Below, one piece after another: positions 13,779 to 26,879 of a DNA stretch of 61,425 nucleotides. The stretch is taken from contig NC_069009.1 in assembly GCF_001194135.2 (NCBI RefSeq), positions 10,240,530 to 10,301,954 of the forward strand. Direction: 5' to 3'. The notes beneath the pieces were generated by a model. The model saw only the letters and a program-made list of their open reading frames with translations, was not told the DNA's origin and ran no database searches. Source of the stretch: Octopus bimaculoides (lineage: Eukaryota). Each line of letters starts with the position of its first letter. Position 1 is the stretch's first letter. The position numbers and the translations under genes are program-made.

Positions 13779-13918
13779 CAACTCTGCTTTTGCTCTCTAT
13801 ACATGTTTTACACTCGGGGCATCTTTGAAGTTGAATTTTGCCACAATCTTCGCATACCACAGTATGTCCACAGGGTTGTAACTCCACGTTGGCTTCATTC
13901 TCTTCACAAAGCATACAT
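13779..13918 (-). CDS. Exon E: MIB/IAP-type RING-HC zinc finger
   Basis: tttgtccacag|A TGT ATG...GTT G|gtaaga. CMLCEENEANVELQPCGHTVVCEDCGKIQLQRCPECK has spacing Cx2Cx11CxHx3Cx2Cx7Cx2C. Confidence 0.92.
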
Positions 13919-14339
13919 CTGTGGACAAATATAAAAACACATATCACCTATAACATTCATTTCTAACAAATATTATATGTTTGTTTTATGTTTACGATAT
14001 AGGATATTATGAGACACCAGAGTGAGGTGCATGGCTTAGAGGTTAGGCTGTTGGATTCTTAAAGTAAAACTGTGGTTTCGGTTCCTGGACAAGGCAATGT
14101 GTAAAGTTCTTTAGCAAAACACTTCAATCTAGGTTTGCCTTGCATACAAACCTACCCCTAGTTATAACTGAGTCCATGTTCATTGATCTACAAACATTTT
14201 CTGACACCTTGTCAACTTCAAATGTGTTCCTCCAAAACAATTTTCTTTGCCTCAGTTGATTGGATCAAAACCCAAACTCATTAGATTCACCTACTGAGCT
14301 ATGTGCATACTGTTTAGCCTCTTATAAGGACAGGTGTGA

Positions 14340-16780
14340 TAAATTGAGCTCTTTGTCATTTACCACCTGATACACACCTGAAATTACATATTGTGGGTCC
14401 TTTAAATCATGACTCAATACCAGATGAAAAAGGGATGCAAACTGGTCTGAGGATATCGAACTAACAATGGGTAACACTGGAAAAGACCCAGGAAACTAAA
14501 CAAGAACGATACATCCTCTTCCATGAACCATGACAGATATAAATCGAGATACAAATTATTGTTTAAAAAACCAACAGTTTATGCAATAAAATTCACTATT
14601 TTTGATTCTTAAGTTAAAAGTACTGATTCCAATCTCATTTGTTAAACCTGGACACATTCTTTACTGTGCAATGGTGTTTTTAGCATGGCTGGCTACATTT
14701 TGTTTCACAAAGACCTCTTTCATTACCATGGAGGTGGTGCGATGGTCTATGCTTGCTCAAGCTTCTCAGAAATTGCTTGTGAAGATTTAAACCAGTCACA
14801 TAAAAGCACAACATTTACCATCCTTGAAACTTTTTAGAGCTGAATCTATGAAAACAGTCACCTATGTTTTCATACTCGTGATTTCAATTACCCAATATTG
14901 ATTAGGAAATCTTTCACTGGCCACAAAATGCAACTGATTTCCTTCATTCAATGTTATATTCAAACTAATCCCAAGTAGTCATCTCTGCTATTTACCACTG
15001 CTCCTGAAATTATCAGCCTCAATACTGAGGAACACTTAGGTGACTCTGGTCATACTCCAATCCTGCAAAGATGTGTCTAATGGATAGAAAGAAAAGCCAC
15101 CATAACCTCCAGACTGCTTCGTTTTCCTGGAACAATGCTGACTGGAACTCCTATTGTACTGAGGTATAGTTCCCTGACTGGCTTCAACTTTATAATTCTG
15201 GAGATGTCAAGACTAACCTTCAGCACATCCATCCTTAATTCATGAATAAGTGTCGGTACCATACACATGTTTTAGAAGCCTTAATATGTGAGAGACTGCC
15301 AGGAAATATTGATGAGATGCTGGACGTGATAAAAGAACAGAGGATAAAAGAAGAAGGTGCAACATGGTACCCTGCCATATTAAAGGGGTGACAATTGTAC
15401 CATTTCCACTGCTACTGCGATCAAATTCCATAAAACCTGTGGAATTTACTTCTGCAAGATTGCAATGCTAATTGAAGCATATGTGCAATTATGCATCCTC
15501 TTGTCTTGGTGGTGTTATTCCTCTGCTTCTCAACGAGTGCATCCTTTTTCTACTGCACCAGCTTTTTGTCCTCTTCTAGTTCAGCTTAGCCCAGTTTAAG
15601 GGAAAGTTGCCAGTATTATTCCCCGTTCAAAAGGGGGTTCCCAGACATCACCTGTTGATTACCTTCCAGTCAGTCTCACAGAATTAATGGATCTACAGGA
15701 AGACATTCTGAAACATCTGGAACCCTCATAAGCTTATTCAACTCCAACCATTTGGATTTATCCCTAACTATAGCTGCATTGAATTTCTTCACATATGGTG
15801 GTTCATGGATGGATATTATCTATATCAACTTCACCAAAGTCTTTAATTCCATGCCACACCCATCAATTACACCACAACTGTCTGGAATGGGTGTGAGGAC
15901 TAAATTTTATAACTGCTTAAAATACTTACATTCTCAGTTGAAAAGGCAAAGTTACAATACTAAGCTAACATTCTGCACCCAATACAGAAAATCTACAAGG
16001 AACTGCTCTTGGTTTTCTGTTGCTCCTTGTATGTATCAGCTAAATACATGCCAACAATCTGCTATAGATCTTTCCTTCAATCTGACTGGAATACAATGCA
16101 GTAATGGACTGCTGATTGGAAACTCAAGCTGGCTATAGACAGGCGCACCACTATATACTTCGGAATGAAAATTCCAAAATTTACCAAGTCTCTCTACAAC
16201 ACCAAACCTCAAACGTCTGCAGGTGAACGTGACCTTAACATTAATGTCAACAATGATCTGTAATACGTGAACAATTTTTCTAAAAATCATCAGAAATGCC
16301 AAAGGTATCTTAGCATTGTTCAGTAAAACCTCTCTGCCTGTCAATTTGTCAAGTTATCAGTTTAAAGTTATACATGGCTGTCATACATCTACACTTACAG
16401 TTTACATTTCCAATCTGGAATCCCCATCTTGTCCAGAATATCTATTCAGAGAAGAACAAGAACGCAAATGCTATCAGTTAGTTACCATATCTTGAATAGA
16501 TTGCTTCTCTTTGTCTTGAAGCATGTTATTATATGCTATATACCTTTCCTTCAATCTGATCAACAACCAGGCAAATACTCTCTGTTAGTCGCCATATATT
16601 GAATGTATTATTTCGCTGGGTATCAGCACACTAAAGTTTTGATGTCTAGCAGCTAATCTGGTATAATCCCAAAAGTTTATCCACCATCTTGCCAACAACA
16701 ACCTTGGCAACATTTTTGAATTCAAAATCTCTGCCACCATCAGACATTCTTATAAAATTAAAATAAAAAACAGTGCAGCA
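14340..16780 (+). mobile_element. Highly degenerate CR1/L2-like LINE (RT region)
   Basis: Remnants KVASIIPVQKG, IIYINFTKVFNSMPH and a PQG..LG-like segment; many stops. Confidence 0.55.
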
Positions 16781-17899
16781 GCCATGATTTTTCAAAATAC
16801 TTTATCTCATTCAGAATTATTTAAGCACACAACAAACTACCTGAGTCAGCTGTTAGCTGTCAGGATACTGCATCGTTTCAAAATATTCTTTTCTTACCGA
16901 AATTCACCAACATTACTCCTGTGGTGCGAATATATAGTGAGTACAAGGTGTTGATGTGGTTGCGTGTATGTTATTTACAAGAGTTCATACGGAGATGAAG
17001 AATAAATTCAAGACCTATATATTTACTACATAAAAATATATTTTATTTACTGGTCGATGATGATACATAGAATTAATGTGCAGCATCTAGTTAAATGAAG
17101 TAATCTATGCAAGGAAGTGCAGAGATAGGAAATATAGAAATAATAGCTAAGCGGTGGTTTTCAGTCATGTGGCATAGAGAAACAGATGGACATAGCAATG
17201 ACATGAATGGCTTTAAGTCAAATTGACTAAGAAGCAAAGAGCAGGGTTAGCAAGCTGCTTTTATTAATGGAATGCTAGACATTCTAGAAACTTCCAAGAG
17301 AAACGCCAAGCTACTTGAATAATTAAGAATTGCATCTTATGACACAGATGCCGTGAGAAACTTAGTGAAGGGAGATTACTCTATATTTTTTCTTGAAAGG
17401 GAGATCATTCAACTATTTAGCTACATAGACGACTATACTCCTGATGTGCCTTTTTATGCCTCTTTTACTGCCCCTCTTTTATTCTATGTATCGTGCATGT
17501 ACTCCTAGCTTTCATAGCTGTCTTTCTTTACTTGACTAAACACTGCTTTCCATCCCCTCTTTTACCCTTTTCCAGTAAGTTGTAGTACACCTGAACTCTG
17601 TATACATTATGTTATTACAATACTTGCATAAAAGATTATTTGCTAATAAAGGAGTCCAACCAATGCTTGTCTATCGGATAAAACAGAGCTATATTTATAC
17701 AGTTCAGAAATCAACATCTAAAGACAATATCTGAATTTCAACAGACAAAGAAAGTTATGCATATTCTCATAGAGAATAATGTGTCTTGTTCATCAGCAGC
17801 TAACAAATGTATAGCAAAGTAACAGCTAAAACTAATAAAATACAGGAGTCTAATGTGACTAAGAGGCCTAAAAGACTAAGAATGGTATATGTGTTACCA

Positions 17900-18110
17900 G
17901 AATGATTTATGCTTCCTGGCAATTTTGTTCTGTGAAGTTGTGTGTCAGTGTTCTACCGAAACTGGCCTTGCCTGTGCTGGTGTCACTCAGCCCACTCTGC
18001 TAGGCATGCCAACACAGACAGACGTTTGGTGTAGACTTCTGGCAGGCTCCCTTCAAACCATCCAACTCGTGCCAGGATGGAAACGGACGTTAAGCAATGA
18101 TGATGATGAT
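17900..18110 (+). mobile_element. RTE/SINE 3' tail ending in (GAT)n
   Basis: aaaccatccaactcgtgccaggatggaaacggacgttaag followed by gatgatgat. Confidence 0.55.
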
Positions 18111-18547
18111 GATATATACACACACTGTTAGGGTGTGTAGTTTATTACAAAACCTTTCATAATAATGAATTGATTGGAACAGAGAAGAGAGAGAACATGT
18201 TGGTAGACAGATAAATTCCAGTTGTTTTTATGTAACAATTTCAAAATGTGTTCATTCATTTTATTGTTTAGTTCTACATTTTCCTATTGGTCACAAATCT
18301 TTAGAATAGGGAACTAAGAAAGGTAGATGGGTGGTAGACAGTGAGGTACAACTGCCAACCAAAATAGTGCTCTTCATGGGATCACTTAACAACTGCATTT
18401 TGTTTATTGTTCTTCATACTACTGTTGTGTGGCCTTTGATCAAGACACTGTAGCAGTATAATGTATTGGTAGAATTAAAATTAAACAAACATAAACATGA
18501 TTATATACAAAATAGAAAATATACTGTCACTGCCAATGAATATTTAC

Positions 18548-18723
18548 TGTGGTGGGAATAATACTTTTAATTTTCCTTCCAAATCTGCATTCCCAACGAG
18601 GTCCAATGGAGCTATATTCTTATTGTTTCTCCAGTAAAAGTTTGCTCCCTGGTGGGCTAGATAGCTAGCAACTCCTACACCAGAAAGTCTCTCTTCGATC
18701 GTCAACTCAAGCTTAGCACAGTA
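18548..18723 (-). CDS. Exon D: last degenerate ankyrin and linker, MIB-like
   Basis: tttgtcatttgtag|TAC TGT GCT...CCA CCA CA|gtaaat. YCAKLELTIEERLSGVGVASYLAHQGANFYWRNNKNIAPLDLVGNADLEGKLKVLFPP resembles the MIB segment [29 protein letters not shown]. Too short for the supplied ORF track. Confidence 0.88.
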
Positions 18724-20498
18724 CTACAAATGACAAAGTATAAAATGATGATTACAATATTACACCAATATACTTTGTAGAAACCCAAATTACACAACAG
18801 TTCAACTACATTTACAAAGAGTTTGCGTCTCCAGCGCTTCAACTGATTACACAATATTCATTTCCTACATCATCTCTAATTGAATCCATTTCCCATTTTC
18901 ACTTGTTTTTAGTCTGTTTTCAACATTATGACATGTTTTAAATATATGATATATGGTCATTATATTAAACAGAACAAACATTATTGATTAACATCAAGTT
19001 CATTGGTAATTAATGTGTAAATAATCATTTGCCAATCACAAATATGACAAGATATTCAATAAAAAACAATTCAAAAGCAAATCATAGCATCAAGTCAAAT
19101 ATATGGAATATAATGGAAGAAACATCCCAAATAATTTAACACAACAAACTAACAACAACCTGTCTATATAACTAGCTTGGTGAATCCATAACTGGCCATC
19201 ACACAAGAAATACGGAGGAGTATTGTATATATAAATATAACACAACAACATGACAACAAACAAGTTATATGAGAACTAAGAACACTTAGAACAGACACAA
19301 CAAAACCAACCACACCACACAGACATATCCAAAAATAACAACAATGTTTCCATAATTAATAAAGAAACATCTTTGGATAATGAAGGTGAAGTAAAGGAAG
19401 TAAGAATTGATATCACAGTTGAGGCAGCACACCAACACATTATAGTTAATAAACTGCTGAAACTGTTAGTCTGAAAGACAATTCCAGTTGGGTGGGTAGC
19501 TGACTGCAAGAGTGGCTTCTTCTCACCAAAGTAGACATTACTTACAATTTACATATGATCATCAAATGTCTGAAATATAGTCACACATCAGTGGTGACCT
19601 TTATTTATATGNNNNNNNNNNNNNNNNNNNNNNNNNNNNNNNNNNNNNNNNNNNNNNNNNNNNNNNNNNNNNNNNNNNNNNNNNNNNNNNNNNNNNNNNN
19701 NNNNNNNNNNNNNNNNNNNNNNNNNNNNNNNNNNNNNNNNNNNNNNNNNNNNNNNNNNNNNNNNNNNNNNNNNNNNNNNNNNNNNNNNNNNNNNNNNNNN
19801 NNNNNNNNNNNNNNNNNNNNNNNNNNNNNNNNNNNNNNNNNNNNNNNNNNNNNNNNNNNNNNNNNNNNNNNNNNNNNNNNNNNNNNNNNNNNNNNNNNNN
19901 NNNNNNNNNNNNNNNNNNNNNNNNNNNNNNNNNNNNNNNNNNNNNNNNNNNNNNNNNNNNNNNNNNNNNCTATCACGTCACACAGACTTCTCCTCCTCCC
20001 CGTTTCATTGTTATTTGGGAATATCTCCTCTTTGTCATTGGTCACCTTTCCTTCACACTGGATGGCTGTGTTATATAGCCAACAAGATGGGTTACCTTCT
20101 TTACAGTGGAGAGAGCGTACCTTTGAGGGTGAAAGGCGATGAAATAGAGTTAGTTACATAATATAACTACGGTTATCTGGAGAGACTGGATTACTTAGTA
20201 CTAATGGAAGAGAGGTGGATGGGAGTGAGTAGACATGGCAAGCAATGTCTGCCTGTTTCTCTATTTTTCTCTCTTTATCTAACACACATACAAGCTCACA
20301 CTTGTAGCACTCATCCTCCTCCTCATCATTTAATGTCCATTTTCCATGCTGGCGTGGGTTCAATCATTCAGCAAGAGCTGGCCAACTGCAGAGCTGCTCA
20401 GGCACCAACTGCCAGCTTTGATATGGTTTCTACGGTTGGATGCCTTTCCTAATGCCAACCACACACACACACATTCACAAACAATTTTAAAAACTTAC

Positions 20499-20708
20499 CT
20501 CATCTAAAATGTGAATGTGTTCCATCTCAGAATGAAACATCTCCTCCCTTACAGCAAGGTGCAAACAATTATTGCCATCATTGTCGACAGCATGTATGTT
20601 TGCTCCATGTGTAATCAATTTATGGATTATTCCGAAGTGGGCCTTGGAGACGGCTTCCAGTAATGGTGTCCTTTTCTTATGGTTCTCAATATCCAGTTTC
20701 ACTGAATC
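20499..20708 (-). CDS. Exon C: about two ankyrin repeats, MIB-like
   Basis: ttttacttccacaaag|GAT TCA GTG...GAT GAG|gtaagt; 210 nt. DSVKLDIENHKKRTPLLEAVSKAHFGIIHKLITHGANIHAVDNDGNNCLHLAV. Confidence 0.92.
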
Positions 20709-21152
20709 CTTTGTGGAAGTAAAAATAGAAATTGAAAATGTACATGAAAATTAGGGTGGATATCAATGTGTCATTGCTGTCTTGTACTGGGTACTCGACT
20801 AACCTGATCATGTACATTTGATGTTTGTTAGTGTAGTCAACCTTTTGTATGGTCCCTCCAAAACTTGCTACGGATATGTGTTAGGGACATGAGAAATCTA
20901 TTAAGATGTCATAAATAGACTGTTTCAGCCTAATCTATATTTATATCAAATTATAGTACGTTTCAGGGGAGTAGAACAAGAGTGAACATATAATTAGCAG
21001 ATCAAAACTAGTAAAGAAGAATCATATACTTAATGTAAGCCTTTGATGTTGCTATGTTAATAAGGGGTTCATAAAACAGGGGAGTTGGTTAGTGTCCACA
21101 TCCTTACATCACTGTACATATACATGCATACATATATTAACTTTATGGATGT

Positions 21153-21202
<50 letters not shown>

Positions 21203-21232
21203 TATTCATATAACAATCAAAACTGCTATTGT

Positions 21233-21307
<75 letters not shown>

Positions 21308-21533
21308 CATATGATACATTTTACATTGACTCTCTCATAGTTCTTAATGGCAATCACGTTTCCAAGGACCACAATAGACTGTCACCTGTTTGCCATGAAT
21401 ATTATTATGACAACAGTGTACATATACATATGTCTGCTACAAAGGGGGGGACATAAGAAAAGATACTTCGATCCCTGTCTCTCTCTTCATGTGTGTGTGT
21501 GTGTGTGTGCATGAGTGCATGCATGTGCGTATG

Positions 21534-22680
21534 TATGAGATTCAAACAAAAGTCTTGTCCTATTGTCTAGATGAAATTTTAGACGACATTCATTGAATTA
21601 TTGCCTTTTGTTATCCCTCATGGAATGAAACAACGAGTAGTTTATATTTTGTTCGAGTTAAAAAACTATTGTCCACAATCTTCTTTGATATTCACCCTCC
21701 AATATTCGTCCCAACTAAGGAATATGCTTTACTCTACGAGTTTCATAAAGGTGTCAATGGAAGTGTAACAGCAAAGTCAATTCAAAGCACTTCAGGAGAT
21801 GATGTAGTGAGTGAAAGAAGTAGCAGAAGGTGGTTTTTCCATATCTCAAGTGGGAAATTCAGCTTAGATGACGAGCCAAAGAAGGGCCGTCCAAAGCTCT
21901 CGATTCCCATGGGCTGGATGCTGTTATTACATCAAACCCTGTCACTAGTGCTAAAGAACTCGCCAAGAAATTTAAGGTTAGCCACATGACTATCCTACAT
22001 GAACTGAAAAGAATTGGAACGGTTTCATTAGCTGGAAAATGGGTCCCACATAAACTGTCTCCAGAGAATCAGCAACAATAAATTACACATGTTGTGAATC
22101 ACAGCTTACACAACAACAACAACAACAACAGATACCATTTTTGGGTGAGCTGATGAGCATTGGATCCTTTATGCCGTCAGCAATGGATCCTTCATGGAAG
22201 CAGACCTCCTCAGCAACAAAGAGGACAACTTTGGCCAAAGAACATGTTGAGTGTAACTTGGGATATTCAAGGCATTATCCATTGCAAACTGTTATACAAT
22301 AATCAAACAAACAATGCCAATCTCTATTGCAATCCACTTTGTTGATTGAAAGCGGTTTTGGACAAAATTCTCCTGTCCTTAGTCAATAGAAATGGGGTCG
22401 TTCTGCATCACAATAAAACACACCCACAACTGTACAATTGAGTAAAGATCTCTTAGAAGTGCTCCAATGGGAGAAATTGCTTCATCCTCCATATTCTCCT
22501 GACCTTGCACCTTCTGATTATCACATGTTTAGGGGATTACAGAATCATTTAAATGGGATTAGGCTGACATTGAGGGAAGGGGCTGCAAGTGAATCGGTAT
22601 TGAACTTTACATCAAAACCTAAAGAATCTTACTAGTGCAGCATCTATAAGCTTGTTGACAGATGGAATGAGGTCCTACCA
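21534..22680 (+). mobile_element. Degenerate mariner transposon
   Basis: LYEFHKG...RRWF...LDDEPKKGRP, WVPHKL and HPPYSPDLAPSDYHMFRGLQNHL motifs with frameshifts. Confidence 0.9.
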
Positions 22681-22739
22681 AGATTTTAAAATTGGGCATG
22701 TCTTTATGTGTGTGTGTGTGGTGAGTATGAAGTTCTTAG

Positions 22740-23320
22740 AATATGAATAGGATGAAGAAGGTTCAGGGAGCTACTACCTCTTTTGGCCACAAAAAGACTC
22801 TCTCTCAGAGTTAAAGGAAGATTGTATGAGGCTTGTGTAAAAAATGGCCAAACACCATCATAGTGAGACATGAGCTTTGAATGCTGAAGACATGTGAGGA
22901 CTAGAAAGGAATGAAGCTAGTATGTTCCATGGATATGCAACGTCAGTTTGCATGCACCACAAAGAACAAATGTGTTGAGAGAACATGTGAGCACAAGAGG
23001 AATCAGATACAACATGCTAGAGAGAAGACTATGGTGGTTTAGACATGTAATGCATATGAATGAAGATAGCTGTATAAGGAAGTGCTGACTTCTTAAAGTG
23101 GATGGCACCTGGGGAAGAGGAAGACCCCAAGAAAACAACGGATGAAGTAGTTAGGATCAATCTCAGGATGTTCGGCTTCAAAGAGGGGAGTTGACAATGG
23201 ATCAAGATGCCTGGCGACACAAGGTTCTTGAGACAACCTATCCACTTCAGCAAACCTGAGTTCTGGAAGTGCTGTGTGTTCCACTCTCATGTAACAATAC
23301 CAACGTTTGACACAGCTTAA
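22740..23320 (+). mobile_element. RTE LINE 3' fragment
   Basis: ERRLWWFRHVMHMNEDSC-like frame, similar to 12300-12850. Confidence 0.75.
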
Positions 23321-23589
23321 CCCAAACTGCAGTTCCTCTTCTCTTCTTCATATTCCTTCTTTTACCTGCAGCACTATGCTTATCTCTTCCTTCTCACTCC
23401 AGCAGCCCAATCCTGCCTTCACTACCCTGCCCACTGCATCATTGTTATCCTATCGTCTCCCCTCCCCTATATACCCAGGTTTCACCAATCACTGCATTCC
23501 TCACAAACTCTGCATTCATATCAACTCCCTACTCATGCACCCTTGGCAATACTCCATGATACCATTTGTATTCTGATCTCCACAACTTC

Positions 23590-24240
23590 AGGGTATTCCC
23601 TGGCACACACCTCTCTCTCTCGCTTTCTCTTTTGCACTCTCATATTCCTTCTCTCTCTCACTGGCATTGAGTTCTCTGTTGAAGCAGTTTGCAGTCTTTG
23701 TACACCATCTCATAAGAACTTATCGCTCCCTTGTTCTAAAGTGCAATGGCCTTTCTGTCTGGGACAAACTTCTAGCATATGGCTTGCATTACGGACATGG
23801 ATTCTTTGAATTTCATCTCAGTGTCAAGTGTAGAGAGACATTGGGGTCAATCCTGTTTGATGATTTCTTTCTCAACTGATTTCCAGTCTGCTTTTTGGAT
23901 AGATTTAAGGTGCTTTTCATAGACTGCATGTCTGTGGGTTCCTTTGGTCCATACATGATCAGCTCTATTATGTTGCGATCCGAGACTAGTGTCAGGTGGT
24001 TGGAATATTATTTCCTCCAAGTGTAACTTGTTCAAGTTGAGTAGGGATCCCACTTTTTCTAACATCACATCCTTTCTGAGAGGAAAAGGGCTTCAGGACT
24101 TTGGCCAGGTTGAAGTCTTCCACAAGAAGTGCACAAATGTGTTCTAGTCTGGTTAAAACTTCTTCTATTCTTGTAAGGTAGTCTTCGAATTAAGCCCCTG
24201 TAATTTGCAGTATTTGGTGGGTGATAAGTTTCTTTAACAC
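23590..24240 (-). mobile_element. CR1/L2-like LINE fragment (endonuclease C-terminus and linker)
   Basis: Minus frames ALLVEDFNL (GDFN-like) and KADWKSVEKEIIKQD. Confidence 0.45.
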
Positions 24241-24382
24241 TGGATGTGTGTATGTGTGTGTGAGTACACACCCACCCACACACACAAGTACCGCCAAGAT
24301 CAATCTGTGCCAAGTAGTTTAACTTAGTGTGCTTTAACTTCGTTACTATGGCAACAGCCCAGAAACTTATTGATCAGACTAT

Positions 24383-24409
<27 letters not shown>

Positions 24410-24415
<6 letters not shown>

Positions 24416-24750
24416 GGCACATGTGGTAACAAGCTTACTTCCCAAACACATGGTTACGGGTTCAGTCTTACTTGGGCAGCTGTTTTTTAAGTTTTGTGAA
24501 TGGATTTGTTAGATGGAAACTGAAAAAAGCTCCTGATGTATACGCATGTGACTGTGTGTTTTTGTGTCTGTCCCCTAACACCATGTGATAACTGGTGTTG
24601 GTGTGTTTACATCCTCATAACTTAGTGCTTTGGCAAAGAGACAGACAGAATAAGTTCCAGGCTTAAAAAGAGTTTTGGGGGTCAATTCATTTGACAAAAG
24701 GTTCTTCAAGGCGATGCCCCAGCACGACCTCAGTCAAATGTCTGTTACAT
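24410..24750 (+). mobile_element. SINE (octopus-type) with tail aaggcgatgccccagca...cagtcaaatg
   Basis: The same tail family recurs at about 46010-46270 (+) and 55860-56100 (-). Confidence 0.6.
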
Positions 24751-24803
24751 GTAATTTATACACACACACACACATATATATATATATTCAGTTGAATTAG
24801 GTA

Positions 24804-24845
24804 CTTAAGTTGAGGCACCAAGTCAGTCTGGTGCCTCAACTTAAG
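24804..24845. repeat. Perfect 17-bp inverted repeat with 8-nt loop
   Basis: cttaagttgaggcacca-agtcagtc-tggtgcctcaacttaag. Confidence 0.95.
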
Positions 24846-25609
24846 GCATTCTCACAGCTCGAAGTAAAGTGAATAAAACTTAAAGAAGTAACAAGTATGT
24901 CCAGGTATTAATGCCTTACGGCCATTTCAGGCAGCTCCATTCAATCGATCAAGCATTACATCAATTCTAAATACATTGCCAATCCTCAGAGCATCACATG
25001 AAATAGGTTTCCAACGTACAGGATACGCCATTATAATTTTTTAGCAAATTTTGCATCAAAACTAAAGAATAAAGAAATTATGTGCTTGCTGTTATTGTTG
25101 TAGCAGACTGAACTGAAGGAGAAAATACTCCTATTATAACTTGGAATGGCAGAAAAGAGTAACAAAGGGGCCAAGAACTGATAATATAGATACATTTATC
25201 TATCTCCTTACCACAATCAAAGATCCACTTAGAATTAAAGCCACTGGAAATTGACAGTTAAGTTCCTGTTGTTATTGATAAATTAATTATGCCATATATT
25301 CTTCCTTACACCAATTTTACTGGCACTATAAAATCGCTATGATGACATAAAGAAACTCAGATGCCAGTAAGACAATGGTATCTGATCAGATTGCGGAATG
25401 GTAGGGGTGACATAAACTATTTCATTATTATTAGTCAAAAGGGGTCTAAAAAGGAAAACAAAGGAGGTCACAATGAAGTCTAAGGGGGCAATAAGGGTAC
25501 AGTGGGGGAAAATTGTATATCCAAATTTAGCAAAATATATATATTACTATATTTTGTACATTAAATGATAAAATAATAAAATCTAGAAAGAGATTTAAGG
25601 ACCAAGTAA

Positions 25610-26760
25610 GAAAAAAAGGATATATAAAGCAATTTAAGCCCTAAAACGTGGAATACTATTATATAAAATAGAAACCAATAATGTTTCCTCCTAACAAACC
25701 GTTAAGGTGGTCATGATAAAACCATTCAACAATGAAGCCGTAGTTAAATTCAGATTTCATCCGAGAAAGTTGTACACATCTTCTTTTGACTGAAAAGAAG
25801 TGTAGAGGTGCCAGGATGAGGGTCAGGCTGAAGGTCAAGGAAGTGTATAAGGGCAAGAAGTCCTTCGTTGTGTGAGATCACTGTATACAACCTTTTAATG
25901 TCAAGAATGAGCAGAATTTGAAAGGGGCCAGAAAGGAAGGAGAAAGAAACGGAGAGCATGATTGGTGTCATGGATGTATGAGGGGCGGACACGGTTGAGG
26001 TATCTGAAGATCATTTCCGTGGGGCAGTTGCAGGCAGAGACGATGGGGTGGCCAGGATTCATTGGCCTTGTGAATTTAAGGAAGGAAGTAAATAGTGGGG
26101 GAGGGGAGTAGGGACAATGAGGCTGGAGGTAGTGGAAGGGAGACGGGAGGAGGTAATGAGGTCATGAACAGTGGAGGACACAGGCTGTTGATAGTTAAGT
26201 GTGGAGGTTGAAGGGCAGACGACAATAGAAGGAGGTGTCTTGAGGTTGATGGAGAGCTTCAGCCTTGTAAAGGACTGTGCTCCACCCTTGCCAGCTGGTT
26301 TGATGATGATATCTGTGTGGCGTTGGAGGCATCGAAGGGTCAAGAGTTTGGCCGGGAAGATGTTAATATGTTGGGTATGTCTGCAAAAGTTGAACTGGTC
26401 CACAACGCAGTGGCAGATGCTTACATATTGATCAACTGCTTGGAACTGGCCAGGAGCTGGCATCCAGTGGAATGGTTGGCAGTCCAAGTCAGTGAAGCGT
26501 TCTTCTTCATTAGATGAAGGTGGAGTGTTGTGGAATAGTGCATGTGTCCTGACACGGCACACAAAGTGTTCGATATCAGCACTGGTCTGAAACTCTTTAG
26601 TGGACACAGTGAGAGAGAGAGGAAGCGCAGACCCTTACTGAGAGGAGAGCACTCCCCTTCAGAGAGAGGGGGATCAGGAGGAATAGCAACAACAGACACC
26701 TTCCACACACAAAAACTATTTTCCCAGTTAACTTTCCACTGATATTGTTGCACCTCGTAT
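25610..26760 (-). mobile_element. Penelope-like element RT fragment (degenerate)
   Basis: LSKGLRF, DIIIKPAGKGG (KPADKGG-like) and LDIKRLYTVISHNEGLLAL. Confidence 0.75.
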
Positions 26761-26879
26761 GTGTCTATAGCTTTTCAAGTTTCTACATATGCCTTTTCTA
26801 CATATCAAGCAGCGCCATCTATCTGAGGGAATCTGTGATTTGTCTGCTTTCCTACTAAGAATTTAGTTATGGCTAGATT

